Assembly: GCA_002269645.1 (NCBI GenBank)
Contig: NIVC01003823.1
Location: forward strand, 1,068-65,067
Length of the DNA: 64,000 bases
Direction: 5' to 3'
From: Macrostomum lignano
Lineage: Eukaryota
Part shown: piece after piece, positions 35,186-48,006 of the stretch
How the letters are laid out: each line of letters opens with the position of its first letter
Numbering within the stretch: position 1 is the first letter of the stretch
The notes under the pieces: generated by a model
What the model saw: the letters and a program-made list of their open reading frames with translations, nothing else
What the model was told of the DNA's origin: nothing
Database searches by the model: none
Made by a program: the position numbers and the translations under genes

Positions 35186-37977
35186 AAGACAGACAGAGAA
35201 ACTGTTGAAAGGCTTGGATCGATGGAGTGGCTTTGCTAGTAAATGTGAAAAAATTTTTAGATAGGGATAGGAATAGGGACAGGGATAGTAATAGGGACAG
35301 GGATAGGAATAGGGATAGGAATAGGGATAAGGATAGGAATAGGGATAGGATAGGGATAGGGATAAGGATAGGAATACGGATAGGAATAGGGATAGGAATA
35401 GGGATAGGAATAGGAGTAGGGATAGAATAGGGATAGGAATAGGGATAAGGATAGGAATAGGGATAGGATAGGGATAGGAATAGGGATAAGGATAGGAATA
35501 GGGATAGGGATAGAAATAGGGATAGGAATAGGGATAGGGATAGGAATAGGAATAGGAATAGGGATAGGGATAGGAATAGGGATAGGATAGGGATAGGAAT
35601 AGGGACAGGGATAGGAATAGGGATAGGAATAGGGATAAGGATAGGAATAGGGATAGGATAGGGATAGGGATAAGGATAGGAATAAGGATAGGAATAGGGA
35701 TAGGAATAGGGATAGGAATAGGAATAGGGATAGAATAGGGATATGAATAGGGATAAGGATAGGAATAGGGATAGGATAGGGATAGGAATAGGGATAAGGA
35801 TAGGAATAGGGATAGGGATAGAAATAGGGATAGGAATAGGGATAGGGATAGGAATAGGAATAGGAATAGGGATAGGGATAGGAATAGGGATAGGATAGGG
35901 ATAGGAATAGGGATAGGAATAGGAATAGGGATAGAATAGGGATAGGAATATGGATAAGGATAGGAATAGGGATAGGATAGGGATAGGAATAGGAATAGGG
36001 ATAGGATAGGGATAGGAATAGGAATAGGGATAGAATAGGGATAGGGATAGGGATAGGAATAGGAATAGGGATAGAATAGGGATAGGAATAGGGATAAGGA
36101 TAGGAATAGGGATAGGATAGGGATAGGAATAGGGATAAGGATAGGAATAGGGATAGGGATAGAAATAGGGATAGGAATAGGGATAGGGATAGGAATAGGA
36201 ATAGGAATAGGGATAGGGATAGGAATAGCGATAGGATAGGGATAGGAATAGGGATGGGAATAGGAATAGGGATAGAATAGGGATAGGAATATGGATAAGG
36301 ATAGGAATAGGGATAGGATAGGGATAGGAATAGGAATAGGGATAGGAGAGGGATAGGAATAGGGATAGAATAGGGATAGGAATAGGAATAGGGATAGGAT
36401 AGGGATAGGAATAGGGATAGGAATAGGAATAGGGATAGAATAGGGATAGGAATATGGATAAGGATAGGAATAGGGATAGGATAGGGATAGGAATAGGAAT
36501 AGGGATAGGGATAGGAATAGGAATAGGATAGGAATAGGGATAGGAATAGGGATAAGGATAGGAATAGGGATAGGAATAGGGATAAGGATAGGAATAGGGA
36601 TAGGAATAAGGATAGAAATAGGGATAAGGACTGGGATGGGGATAAGGATATGGACAGGGATAAAGACGGGGCGGAGACAGAGACAGACACGGAAAGACAG
36701 GGACAGGCACCAAGAAAGAGGGACAAACACGGAGAGACAGGAATTCAGGCAATGAATGCGAGAATAAAATTGCTTGAAATAATTCAGTAGAGATGGGGAC
36801 ACAGCTACAAAGGACCAATGCAGCATCAATGAGACTCTCACCATGCTGTGATACCCAGGCTGCTCGTGGCACCATCGACAGTCGACAGTCAGCGGTTGAT
36901 AGGATCGTCTCCAAGCGATGGCATCGCGCAGCTGCTTCTCAGCGGCGTCCAAGTTCCACTCGCGGGCTTTGAGAAATCGGACCAGCCTTTGAAATGGCGA
37001 ATCGCGTATAAAAATCAATGAAATTGACTTCCTTTCTCAACTATTGTAATCTTTTGCCATCATTGTCCTCATTGACTGACCCCCCCCACTCCACATTGTG
37101 ATCCGTAACGGAAATTAACGGATCTAAAAAGAGTGTCTGCAGCGCCACAATAAGTGCCTAAGGCGCCAAATAGAGTGTCTGTGGCACTAGAATGAGTGCC
37201 TGCGGCGCCAAAATAGAGTGCCTGCGGCGCCACAATGAGTGCCTTCGGCGCCAAAATGGATTGCTTGCGGCGCCAAAATAGAGCGTCTGCGGCGCCAAAA
37301 TGGATTGCCTCCGGCGCAAAACTGGAGTGCCTGCGGCGCCAAAATGGGTGCCTTCGGCGCCAAAATGGATTGCCTGCGGCTCAAAACTGGAGTGCCTGCG
37401 GCGCCAAAATGGGTGCCTTCGGCGCCAAAATGGATTGCCTGCGGCGCAAAACTGGAGTGCCTGCGGCGCCAAAATGGGTGCCTGCAACGCTAAAATGAGT
37501 GCCTGCAACGCTAAAATGAGTGCCTGCCTGCAGCGCCACAATGAGTGCCTGCGGCGCAAAAATGAGTGCCTGCGGCGCAAAACTGGAGTGCCTGCGGCGC
37601 CAAAATGGGTGCCTTCGGCGCCAAAATGGATTGCCTGCGGCGCAAAACTGGAGTGCCTGCGGCGCCAAAATGAGTGCCTGCAACGCTAAAATGAGTGCCT
37701 GCCTGCAGCGCCACAATGAGTGCCTGCGGCGCAAAAATGAGTGCTATCAACACCTATTCCCAAAATAATGTAGGAATTTATTCATGCAGAATTCTTGGCT
37801 TTGTCCCCTCATAATAAAATCCATGGCGACGCCCCTGCTGTACAGATCAAGCAAAACTCACGTCTCTTCTTCCTGGAAATAGTTCTCTCCAGCTAGTCGC
37901 TCCACATCAGACACTCGAGATAGCAGCTCTGAGAGCAGCTGCTGATGACGGGCGGCTTCGGAAGCTGAGCTGCTCAT
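30950..37977 (-). CDS. CRAL-TRIO (Sec14-like) lipid-binding protein, 396 aa, 4 coding exons, C-terminal polyQ
   Basis: Exons 37862-37977, 36842-36986, 32595-32772 and 30950-31701 (1191 nt, GT-AG sites, phases consistent): MSSSASEAARH...EEETLVRFLKAREWNLDAAEKQL...GFDIVGRPVIY...WIFVIDCTGLSL...NFYPEQMDRIVCVN...WNAIKMFIDPKTVKKMKF. Confidence 0.9.
31850..32505. repeat. 25-bp minisatellite (gactaatacgtgatgatctacaaag)n in CRAL-TRIO intron 3
   Basis: About 26 copies. A diagnostic variant block recurs at 31865 and 32140 (275 bp = 11 units). Confidence 0.95.
33590..34130 (+). mobile_element. Tc1/IS630-type transposase N-terminal relic
   Basis: Frameshifted pieces HPKDIARLLNVKEKVVYNI, LLDAVETNPLLKFQKMQQKL and STISRAL...RNNLQTVERRQEF resemble the HTH and linker of IS630/Tc1 transposases. 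No DDE domain. Confidence 0.55.
35100..35190. repeat. (AG)n microsatellite
   Basis: Long AG run. A shorter one lies at ~34820-34857. Confidence 0.9.
35260..36660. repeat. 1.4-kb purine-rich (GGATAG/GGAATAG)n complex microsatellite in CRAL-TRIO intron 2
   Basis: Almost C-free plus strand. It produces the spurious IPIP/YPYS/LSLF ORFs. Confidence 0.95.
37130..37745. repeat. ~21-22-bp composite minisatellite (gagtgcctgcggcgccaaaatg) in CRAL-TRIO intron 1
   Basis: Variant units recur in blocks. Confidence 0.9.
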
Positions 37978-39089
37978 CTTTGCTTTAGCGGGCGAATATG
38001 GACGATATGGACGATATAGCTGTAATAAACTACCCTAATATCTTTGAGTCGAGCGTATTCTGCGGTAGATTTACACGGGCCGCTTATCAACAAGCTGTTT
38101 CTCTATGCTCAAATTCAAAGTCTGTCCGCTTCGCTCTTCTGTCTCTTTACGCCGTTGAGCATGCCGCTGCGACCCAATGAAAATTGAGCAGGGCAGCACG
38201 CTGTGGCGAGTAGGAATACAGCTGCAGGGGAGCTGTGTTTCTGGGTCAGGGGGGGGGGGGGAATCGATACGCAGTGAGTGCGAAGTGTGCAGCGTTTCGG
38301 CCCCAAGTTTGGGTTGCACATTCCAAAATATTTCAGGCACAATAGGCTTGGGGTGGTTGTGAAACTCTGTGTGTGTGTGAGTGCGTGTATGTCTCACGCG
38401 GCACAAAGCTGTTTGGACAAAAGAGACCAGAGAAAAGGACTCGCAAACTGCATTGGAAAGCCCTGTCGTACCTTCACGGCCCATGTAGGTTTTCACCCAG
38501 CCCGAAGGTAAATAGCTATTTTTAGAGCAGCCTCCACTTCGCTGGGAATACTCTTACCCTTTGCTGTTCGCTCCAAAGCTGAGAATTTACGTTTATCTTT
38601 CAAATTTGACTCGCTAGAACGAGTCTTTGTGATAGACCGACTGTCTTCTCTTAATACGAGCGTAGCTGCTTTGGTAGAGACCGCACAGACGTAGGTGTTT
38701 GAAGACGGCTTTGAATAACAAACACTGGGGCTTTCGAAATTTTTTAAGAACAGGTGACAAAATTCTTGCCAGAACGTAAGAACCGACGTAAAGTGAGCTC
38801 TGGTTTCGTTTTGAATGCAAACGAACTAGCTATTCTCGGCGATAGGCTGGACCATAAAGCTTATATTCCCTCGATAGGCCACTCTCAATGCATTCAATGG
38901 GAGAAGACCGACCAAGAAAAGAAATTGCAAGAAAAATCTAATTAAGCCGACAGCGTTTAAGCCAAGTCTGAGGTCAGTAGCTTAAGGGACATAGGCATAT
39001 TTTTGCCGTGGTTGCAAAAATATCCACAAAAGACACAAAGTTCACCGGTCCTCGCGTCCTTGTGCTTTGCTGTCAAACAAATGGGCAAA

Positions 39090-39332
39090 AGAGTGTTGAA
39101 TTCGAGGAGCTGCTGTGTTCGGGGCTGCAGCACACATAAATTGTCACCACCAACAAATGATGGAGTCAGCATCTCGCTGAAAAACTTCCCTATGAGTGAC
39201 TCTGCTGCCCAGAAGTGGATTAACGCGTTAAGCGACCCCAAAGTCGATCTCCAGAATGTCAGGAAACACAATGCGATGATATGCAGTCTCTTTGCCATTA
39301 TCATTTGCAAGCATTACACTGAAAATAGCTAA
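39090..39332 (+). mobile_element. THAP zinc-finger domain relic (probably DNA-transposon derived)
   Basis: CCVRGC...KNFP...QKWINAL...ICS...ICKHY matches the C2CH THAP signature with conserved P and W. Confidence 0.65.
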
Positions 39333-40377
39333 ATATGCCTTGAAAACCCTTGAAACGCGCATAAGCTACTGACCTGATACCGTGGTCGCAAAAATTTTAA
39401 AGAAAGCCCTGATGTACTGCTCTTTCCTGCTCTTAAATACAGAAACATACTTTTTCTCGCGTTATTTCAGAGGCATGGACCACTGACAAAAGTAGACGGC
39501 AGAGAGTCTATTGTCGGCTAACATAGACATAACTAGAAGGCATACTACTGACTTTTACTAGATTATGGGACAACATAAAATCAAGCAGAACAATAGTTCT
39601 CTGAGCTGCAGTTTTGCAACTTTGTTAGATACTATACAAGGGATTTTTCTATATCCATACAGCACCATTGACGCTCCAGATGCTTTATTTACTAGACGTT
39701 GCAGCAGTTTAACAGGATCTAGGCTCTGGTTTAACTGAACCAAAACTATTAAAATTTATTTTAGGGCGCAAAAGAATTGCTGACTCTATTATTCCATAGA
39801 TTATTCTATATTGAAAAGTCGTGTTTCACCTTCAGGTGTAACATTGCAGTGCTTCCGGCTTACTGGCTTTGCTTACAATAGAAACGGAAGGCCACTGAGA
39901 TCAATTTAGAAATAGTGAGGTATACGATGCACTAGCGCACACTTCCCGATACTTATAGTAAATCTAAAATGTTTACTATCGCATTCCCCAGTCAATATTG
40001 CTCAAGCCATAGACTGCCATGGACTCATTTGATTTTTAGCCCTTGTTATGATGAGTGATTCGGAGAGCAGCGCAAGTTGCGCAACTTCTGAAGAGGAACG
40101 ATGACAAGTACTCCTTGTTCATACTGGCCCTGTAAGGCGGAGAATCGGCAATTCCTCAGTGGCTGAATGTGTAGATCCGGACTGTCTATTCAATCGGAAG
40201 ACGGTACGAGACAACTGGACGCCGTACACCAAAAGGCGGCTGATGTCACAAGAAGCTACAGGGCCGACTGCCATGTGATTTACTGGTTTCAATATATTGA
40301 CACGTTCTGTAGAGGATACGTGGGTAGAGAGGCGTTCAAGTCAACATCTTCTAGACCATCTCCCCGATTTTAGGACT

Positions 40378-40697
40378 TTTAATAATAGTTAATGATAATA
40401 ATTGATTACACTCGCCACAATTAAGCCAAATGTGCAACCGACAGCTCAGCCGCAGCTATAGCGCGGCGCATCTGAAGGCTGCGTACGGCTGTTCAGTCTA
40501 AGGACTGGGGGGGGGGGTCGCCACACACAGCCTCAATTACCCCAGCTAATGCTGGCACCCATTTCACAGCTGGGTGAACTGAAGCAATGCAGAGTTAAGC
40601 ACCTTGCTCAAGGACACAAATTGTTCCGAGTGAATCAAGAATCGAACCCCCGACCTTCAAGTCGTGAGTCCGATGCTCTAACCACTAGGCTACACCC
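40378..40697 (-). mobile_element. tRNA-derived SINE, copy 2
   Basis: Reverse complement aligns with 5086-5380, with an (ATT)n-like tail. Confidence 0.85.
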
Positions 40698-41823
40698 TCT
40701 TTTGCATCATGAGATGACTACCAAGACAATGACATCACTGACATCTGCGGAATTTACTGCTCGCAGGCTCGAATTGAGTAAGAAATCCTCATATTTAGCA
40801 GAAACGAATTGAAAACACTGATTTGTAATTTCGACAGTTTTGCAAGCTTGTGTACCATGCAACTTAATAGAAGCTTAACACGTTAGTTTGATTTTGTACA
40901 TCTACTACTAGATGCGATTAGATTCAGTGAACTTTTCATGCTCCATAAATTATAAATCCAAATAGGAAAGGTCATGCTAAGTTGCAGTGGCATTCAGGCT
41001 ACGCTTTTGGCATACCGGCAGCACAAAGAATGCCTCCATGACTAAGTTCCATATGTTTTGTGCTGGGGGCAATTTGGGTTCGCAAACGCTTTTCTGGAGG
41101 AAAGGCAATTAGTGGCTGGGTATCATGCAGGATGCATCGAGGACGGGGTTCAATGCACCGGAGGTTGGGAAATTTTGCACCAGTTGTACAGGTAACCATC
41201 TGCACTCCCATCCTTGGACAGAGACAGAGGATCACGTTTTGCGCAGCCCTTGCCTTACCTGGGCTATTCCTCACCAGCGCAGTACTTATCGATCGGAGGG
41301 TTCGAACCTGGTGCCGAAATCGCCATTCAAAAGTGCTTTGATCGTCGCTCCGGCGCATTAAACATGATTAAAATACCGAACTAGCACACACGTGCTTTCG
41401 GGAAAACGCAGTAAAGTATCATTTGGGAGGATCGAAGACTGCTGCAGAAACCTCCCAGCAAGATTTTTGCTTCATAAATTCAGTGCACGCTCTACAGGGT
41501 ACCGGTGTGTACGCAGACGCAAGCACAGCTGACGCAGCAGAAAGAGTCCTGGATTCTAAACCTGGCATTCATTTCTGGAACCAACTGCCGGCCGAGCGAC
41601 CAAGTCATTCTTCATATTTTTCCACACCGCTTCTGCATCTCAGCCCACCTTAGTCTACACGAGCGGACTGACCCGAGCCTGTCACCGACAGTAAAAATTC
41701 TGAAAAAATGGAGCCTGTAGAATACATGTAGACTGAAGATAAATTCCTTCCGTATTCATTCTTACCCTTTCTCTTATGTGCTTTTATTTGTGTCTAGCGT
41801 TGGAAACTTTGGTATATATATAG

Positions 41824-44800
41824 ATGCCGGGGCAGCCGGCCAGTGACAAAGGACGCAGCGACAACACGGGTATTGCCGCCAGGCATTCAAGCGTTCGTCA
41901 TCGACCTCTGCTGCCTAAGCAATATTCATTGGCTCAACAGCAGCACGAGCAGCAGCAGCTGCAGCAACATCAGCAATTCAGTGAAGAACAGCAGCTCCGA
42001 CAGGAGCAACTACCGAAGACACCGGCAGCGATGGATAGCAAAAAGCCTCCTGGTACCAGAATTTCCATACGGATTAACGATTCCGACGACGTCGTCAGCG
42101 GTTCGACGCGCCGGCATGTACAATATCGACGACAAGAGCTGAAACAGCTGCGCAGGCAGAGATTCGAATCGGCTTCGTCCAACACCGGCGACTCTATCGA
42201 CACCGGTCGCGACTATTCTGCTCTTCAAAGGCGCCGAAATTCGAGACCTGTCCGGGAGGTCCGAACTAATCGGCCGCCTGGATTCTTTCGCAACTTGATC
42301 ATTGCGCCGAGCATATCGCCATCGATAAAGAAGAAAGATGATGTGATAATGACGCCACTCATGCAAGCATACTACAATGGTGAGCTCAATAAGCTCGAGT
42401 CCATGTTGACAGGCTCGAACCTCTACGAATGCCATAAATGTCACCAAACCCTGGCTGACATAGCAGCTGCTGATGGTCACTTGCACGTGCTGGACATTCT
42501 GCACAACAGAGGCGTAGATTTCAACAAGAAAAATCCGGGAAATTACGTGCCTCTGCACTACGCCGTGGAGAGCCAGCAGACTCGAGTCATGAGAAAACTG
42601 GTTGCCTTGGGCGCCAACCCGAACATTCCTCTGCCAAGCGGGGAGTACCCTCTGCACAGAGCGTGTGGGTTTCAAACCAACGACGTTCTCTCTTGTCTTT
42701 TAAGTAAGCAAACTATATTTCATATTGGTTAAGAACTATTCAATACTACCTTTATGAGAGTGCATAGAGTATTTTCTTTACTTTCAGGAATTTGTAAGGC
42801 TGACGTTGACGTGAGTGACCGTCAGGGCAACAGCCCTCTGCACCGAGCTTGCCTTGAAGATTCAACTATTCATGTGAAGACGCTTCTTGAGTACTGCAGC
42901 CAGGATGTCATCAACCTAAAGGGATACGAAGGCAAAACGGCCCTGCACATTGCCGTGATCAACCAGAACCGCAATATCACGGCCATGCTTCTCAACAATG
43001 GCGCATTTGTTGATATCCAGTCGGACAGCAAGAAGACGGTGATTGATCAGGTCTTGGGTCTCGGCAGCGTTGTTCTCATGAGCGATCTCGCCTACTTCTT
43101 CACTCAGGAGATGACAAAAAGCGAGGCGCGGTCATTTAGCGAACTTTTCCAAGACCCACAGTTTCAGCAGTACCTCAACTTTCTAGATGCTGTCGACAAT
43201 GAGTTCCAATTGTGCCAGATAAAATACGATGAGCTATCCAGGGATGAGGAGGCCGAGCTGCTCTCAAAGCTAGAAAAAGACGACAAGATAGACCTCATCG
43301 AGTTCAAAGACGTCGTGCTGAAGCTTCTTCAAACAGAAGCAATTCATGTTCTTCTAGATCCAGGAAATAAGGATGTCTTACTGAAGACTTGCTCAAATAT
43401 CGTTCGCTATGTTCTCTTTAGAGAGGACAGTGTGATGCTCGAGCGAATTATGAACTGCGGTCTTATTTGGTTTGAAATTCGAGCTCACATAGAGGAGCAC
43501 ATCGATGAGCTGTATGTTCATACGCCAAACCGAGGCAACAATGGAATCGTATCCCACTTGACGAATAACTTCATATCCGATCACCGGCTGGACAGGGAAG
43601 CGTTTACTCGGTTTTACGGACAAAAATGTTCAAATTTCAAACTTCGCGCCTACCGCGAGGTAGAGTTTCAAGCACAGTCAGACTATATGCGTCACCCCAT
43701 GGACACTCTGGTCATGTGGTCGATTTTTACTGGCCGCTTCAAGCTAACGGAAATCCTTCTGCGTCAGGAAAAGTTTGACGTTGTGCCACTTGGTCTCTAC
43801 TGCGCTAGTGTGCTTCGGGCATTCGCAACAATCCCAAGTATGTCGGTGGACGCCGCAGAAATGGAGCAACTAGCAAGCACCTGTGAGTTGTTTGCTGCGC
43901 AGATTGTAAAGAACGTGTATCAGTTGGACACTTCGTTCAACAAGCAGACAACTGTTGACTATCTTCTTCTTAGATTGCCCTCATATGGCGACATCACTTG
44001 CATTCAGCTTGCTGCTAGAAACAGTTCCTCGAAGTTCCTGCAGACTGAAGCAGGCCAGGAGGCCTTGAACAAGAGCTGGTTCGGTTTCCTACTTCACATC
44101 AACACCTACGTCCGTGAAGTGCTAATCTGGCTTGGTCTCATACCGCTGAACTTATTCATCCCAGTTATACTACTCTATCTGGAAAAGAAGTACACGGAAA
44201 AGGCAAACAAGTTGGACAAAAACGCAGAACTCTTTCAGAAAGATAGCGCAAAGACATCCGGCAATCCATCATGCGATTTCCTCCTGCCGGAATCGATGAG
44301 AAGTGCTCAAGAAAATAATCCCACACCTGTGATGGCCAGACGCACTCGTTCCTCCGAGCTGAGGCCACTAGTACGATCTCGAGAACAATTGAGCCAATCA
44401 ATGACGTCACTTAATTCAATGCCTGAATTTGTAACCAAAGAAACAGAAAACGAAGAGACAGCAAGCAGTTATTCGCCAGATGGTCCGTCCATCTTTAGCT
44501 GGGAGTACATCCGTCTGCTGCTCAGCCTGCTGTACGGCTTCTACCGCATACCAGCCGTAAAATTTCGATACCACGCAATTTCGCACATAATTTTGCTACT
44601 TTTGTTGTCTTACATTGTTCTGCTGGAGTTCGATTACGAACTCAGCGCGCCTGAGGTAATCGCCTACACGATCATATTTGGATTTCTGATGGAGGAGCTT
44701 GCGGAGTTTGTACAGTATCTACTGCTGCACGAGACAATATCTGATTTCTTTTCGAGCAAATGGAACATTATCGACCTATTGGCCCTTTTATCTGCGGTGA

Positions 44801-46841
44801 TAGGTTTTGCACTGCGAATCTCTCGATACGACAGATCGATTCCCACCCATGAAAGGTCTTTAGAGATGGCCTTTGATGATACACTTTGGTACAACGCTAG
44901 ACTCTTCCTCGGTAAGCTTTTTGATACTTTACTTAGATTTTATACCAGCAGAACTAATGCTCCTAAGTTTATAAAGCCATCTCTCAAGTTGCCATATCCC
45001 CTGCAGAACTACTCCACATAATTAAGATTTATGTCCCATAGAAAGTTATGTACATGTAAATTACCCTCATTATTTCACTCTAAGTCGAACCTAAGTTGAT
45101 TCCAAGCGAAGAGTCACGTTTATATTCATTAAAACGTCGCTCCTAAGTTCACGTCACCCCCAAAGTAGCTATCCAGAAGTATAATATGACATAATTCTTT
45201 AAAGGGCCTGTCAACTAAAGGTCATATAGTGAAGCTCGAGTAACCTATGTAGACAAATGATGTCATTCTGCTCACAATGACACTAGGAAGCTGGGTTTGG
45301 CAAAAAAGCTACGAAAATTGGATTTGGGATAGGGCAGAACAAGCAAGGCGATAATTAGGGACTCTACTTTATAAGCTTATGTTGGCATAATAGTCCTTAA
45401 TAGTCCTTAAGTCGACAGGCCCTTTTAATTTTCGGATTTTCAATCCTCACACTAGGCACGTCCTGCATGCTCTACTGGGTTCGTCTGTTGTACATTTCAA
45501 CCGTTCTCGAGGAGCTTGGACCCAAGCTGAAAATGATAGCTACAATGATTATCAAGGACATGATGCCTTTCCTGTTCATTCTGTTCATCTTCATACTTGG
45601 CTTCGGCGTGCTGATTCACGGCCTGTTGTTTCCGAACGGGTACTACGCTTGGAACTCGGACAAGATGACCACCAGCGAGGTTTTGGTTGCCATGTTTCGG
45701 ATCTGCTTCTACAGCATGGTCGGCGAGTACAGTCTGGATCTCATTGAAGGCGACTCGGAATGCGACGACATCTACAATAATAAGACTAAGAATGGGAAGT
45801 CGTGCCCGCATCAATTTGGCCGGTAGGTCACTTCAGGAATCCAATCATTAGAAGTATTGAACCCTAAAATAATCAAAATGCTTCAAGTGCATCCACGAGT
45901 ACCTAGTATTGACCCGTTCATGTATGCTAGTAAGATTATTTATTTAATTTAAGAAAAACTGCTCTAAGTTAACGTGAAGCTTTACAGTGACTATCCAAGT
46001 GGGATTTCTGTGGCACTATAATAGTTCTACCATTTTCGGCTAGGTAATCCCCACGACAACTTATAAGTAATTTTCCCAATCAATTATTCGCAAAACAACC
46101 ACCTACCTCCCAAGATATCTGGTGCCGAATCTCGTCATGCCGTTGTACGTGATCATCACGGAGATCCTTCTGCTAAACCTGATAATTGCGCTATTCAGCA
46201 GAACAATCGAAGAGATTGACTCGAGGAGCAAAGCGCTTTGGCAGTTCGAGCGTCACGAACTCATCGAAGAGTTCCAGACGCGTTCCTGCCTGCCACCGCC
46301 ATTCAACATATTTGACATTTTCAGGCGAGTTCTGGGTCGGAACTGGAGAAGTTATCGTCGCGAGTCGCGGGGTGCACCTCAACAAAGCTCCGACGAAAAG
46401 AAAGAGCTGGACAAGGAACTGGTGCTGCAGTTTCTGCTCTACCAGGCATTCAGTCTGCGCAACAATCGCGAGAAATTCATGGCTAGCAGTTCGCCAAAGG
46501 AGGAGGATGAAAAAGACGAACTCCTGGCGAGGCTGCGCGAGATGATCAAAGAGGAGCTGGCCAAGAACAACAAAGCTGCGGCTGCGGCTGCGGCGGAAGC
46601 CGCGGCAACCGGAAGCTGGGCAGTTGGTGAAGCTCGAATCGATGATACTCGTGGCACTCTAATGGAGACGACACCTTCGCGGGTGAAACTGCAGTCACCG
46701 AAACAGCAGTCGGCTCAGAGACCAAAGCCAGCTGATGAGCAGCCGGCAACACTGCAGCCGCAGGTGTCTCAAGAAGACGCAGGTGCTTTGATGGCACTGA
46801 TGGAATCAGATGCGGACCTGGATGATTACGATGCCATTTAA
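41824..46841 (+). CDS. TRPM-type cation channel with N-terminal ankyrin repeats, 1365 aa, 4 coding exons
   Basis: Exons 41824-42703, 42788-44911, 45456-45822 and 46115-46841 (4098 nt, phases consistent). Ankyrin repeats (VPLHYAVE, YPLHRAC, SPLHRAC, TALHIAV), then TRPM MHR3/4 motifs (DTLVMWSIFTGR, GDITCIQLAA..SSKFL..GQEALNKSWFG), PAVKF pre-S1, LGPKLKMI S4-S5 linker, VGE pore, LLLNLIIALFS S6, WQFER TRP helix and LPPPF. Confidence 0.92.
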
Positions 46842-47696
46842 AAAAATGGCATTACGTTTTTAGTACAATCTATTAATTTTTTTCAAGTGAAAATATTTTT
46901 AGTTGTAAATTAGCCACATATTTTTTCAAACGCTCTCTAAACTCATAGGCTTTTCAGATCAGCGCAATAACAGTAGAAATACCAAGGGTAAGACTAGTTA
47001 AAGATGCCTAGCAGGCAGTTGAGCTTTGCCCACTATAGAAGCTTAGTCGCTAAATGGTGTCCATAGTCGCCTGGTGCTTGCCGTCGTAGGATATTTTTTT
47101 GATATTTATCCAGAAGCTCCTAAAAGGCGAGACGACCGGTGGCCGCTGATGTCGGAGATGATAGAGACTAATGTGGTCGAGGCCGCACTGAGGTTCTGTG
47201 CCAATTGGCTCACAGGGGTGTGCTGAATGCACCGAAGTTCGGGGAGAATCTCTGAATATCTCGACGGTCTGGAGGTTCTAAAAAAACGATTGGTTTACTC
47301 ATAAAACGGTTGAAAAATGACTTGGTATTCGTACTGTTTAGCTTAATTTAGAAATCATTTAACCGTAACAAGGCCATATATTTCTGTGCCATTTGAACCC
47401 AAGAACATACATATATGCTTAAAATTTGTCATCTCGCAGCTTGATCTATCCCTCTTCCAGTTTAACTAGCTTGATCAAATTTTATCTGCTTGATTAGTGA
47501 ATATGCTGCTGCCAGTTGACATTGATTTAGCAGAGTTCCTGTGTTCATGCAATCTGCGCAGCTTGGTGTTTATCTTTTTTATCTAAATTTTTTATTCTAC
47601 TTAACCTTCCCCCTTTTGAGTTGAGGCGCCGATTTTTAACCATTTTTAATCACAAATCGTATAAAATATATCCCCCCATTCAGACTTCTAATCCTA

Positions 47697-48006
47697 TTCA
47701 GCAGTCCGACGTTATTTCGACGTCTGTCGATGCTGTTGGTAAACGCCTATTATGACGTCATTATCCGTCTTCGAAAAATACCCAAACTCCAGCAACGTCC
47801 ATCAACATCGAGTACGTCGGGTCAGTGGCGGCGCCACTGGAGGGGGACTGTAGTCCCGCGGGACCACCGGTACCACCCCAAGGGAGATGAACACCCAATG
47901 AATACTCTGTGGATCCTTACATCGATTCGATTCGAGTACATATATGTCAGCGACGTCGATAGACACCGGAAATGTAGGTCGATGTCGCCGATGTCGGATT
48001 GCTGAA
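47697..48006. repeat. Short inverted repeat pair, possible DNA-transposon relic
   Basis: ttcagcagtccgacgt (47697) versus atgtcggattgctgaa (ending 48006). The region is rich in cgacgtcg motifs. Confidence 0.35.

Noticed and set aside
34976-37018. Long ORFs of 489-680 aa (IPIP/YPYS/LSLF)
   Set aside because: Stop-free translations of the GGATAG microsatellite. Only 36842-36986 is a real CRAL-TRIO exon.
37158-37768. Overlapping ORFs on both strands
   Set aside because: Products of the 21-22-bp minisatellite within an intron.
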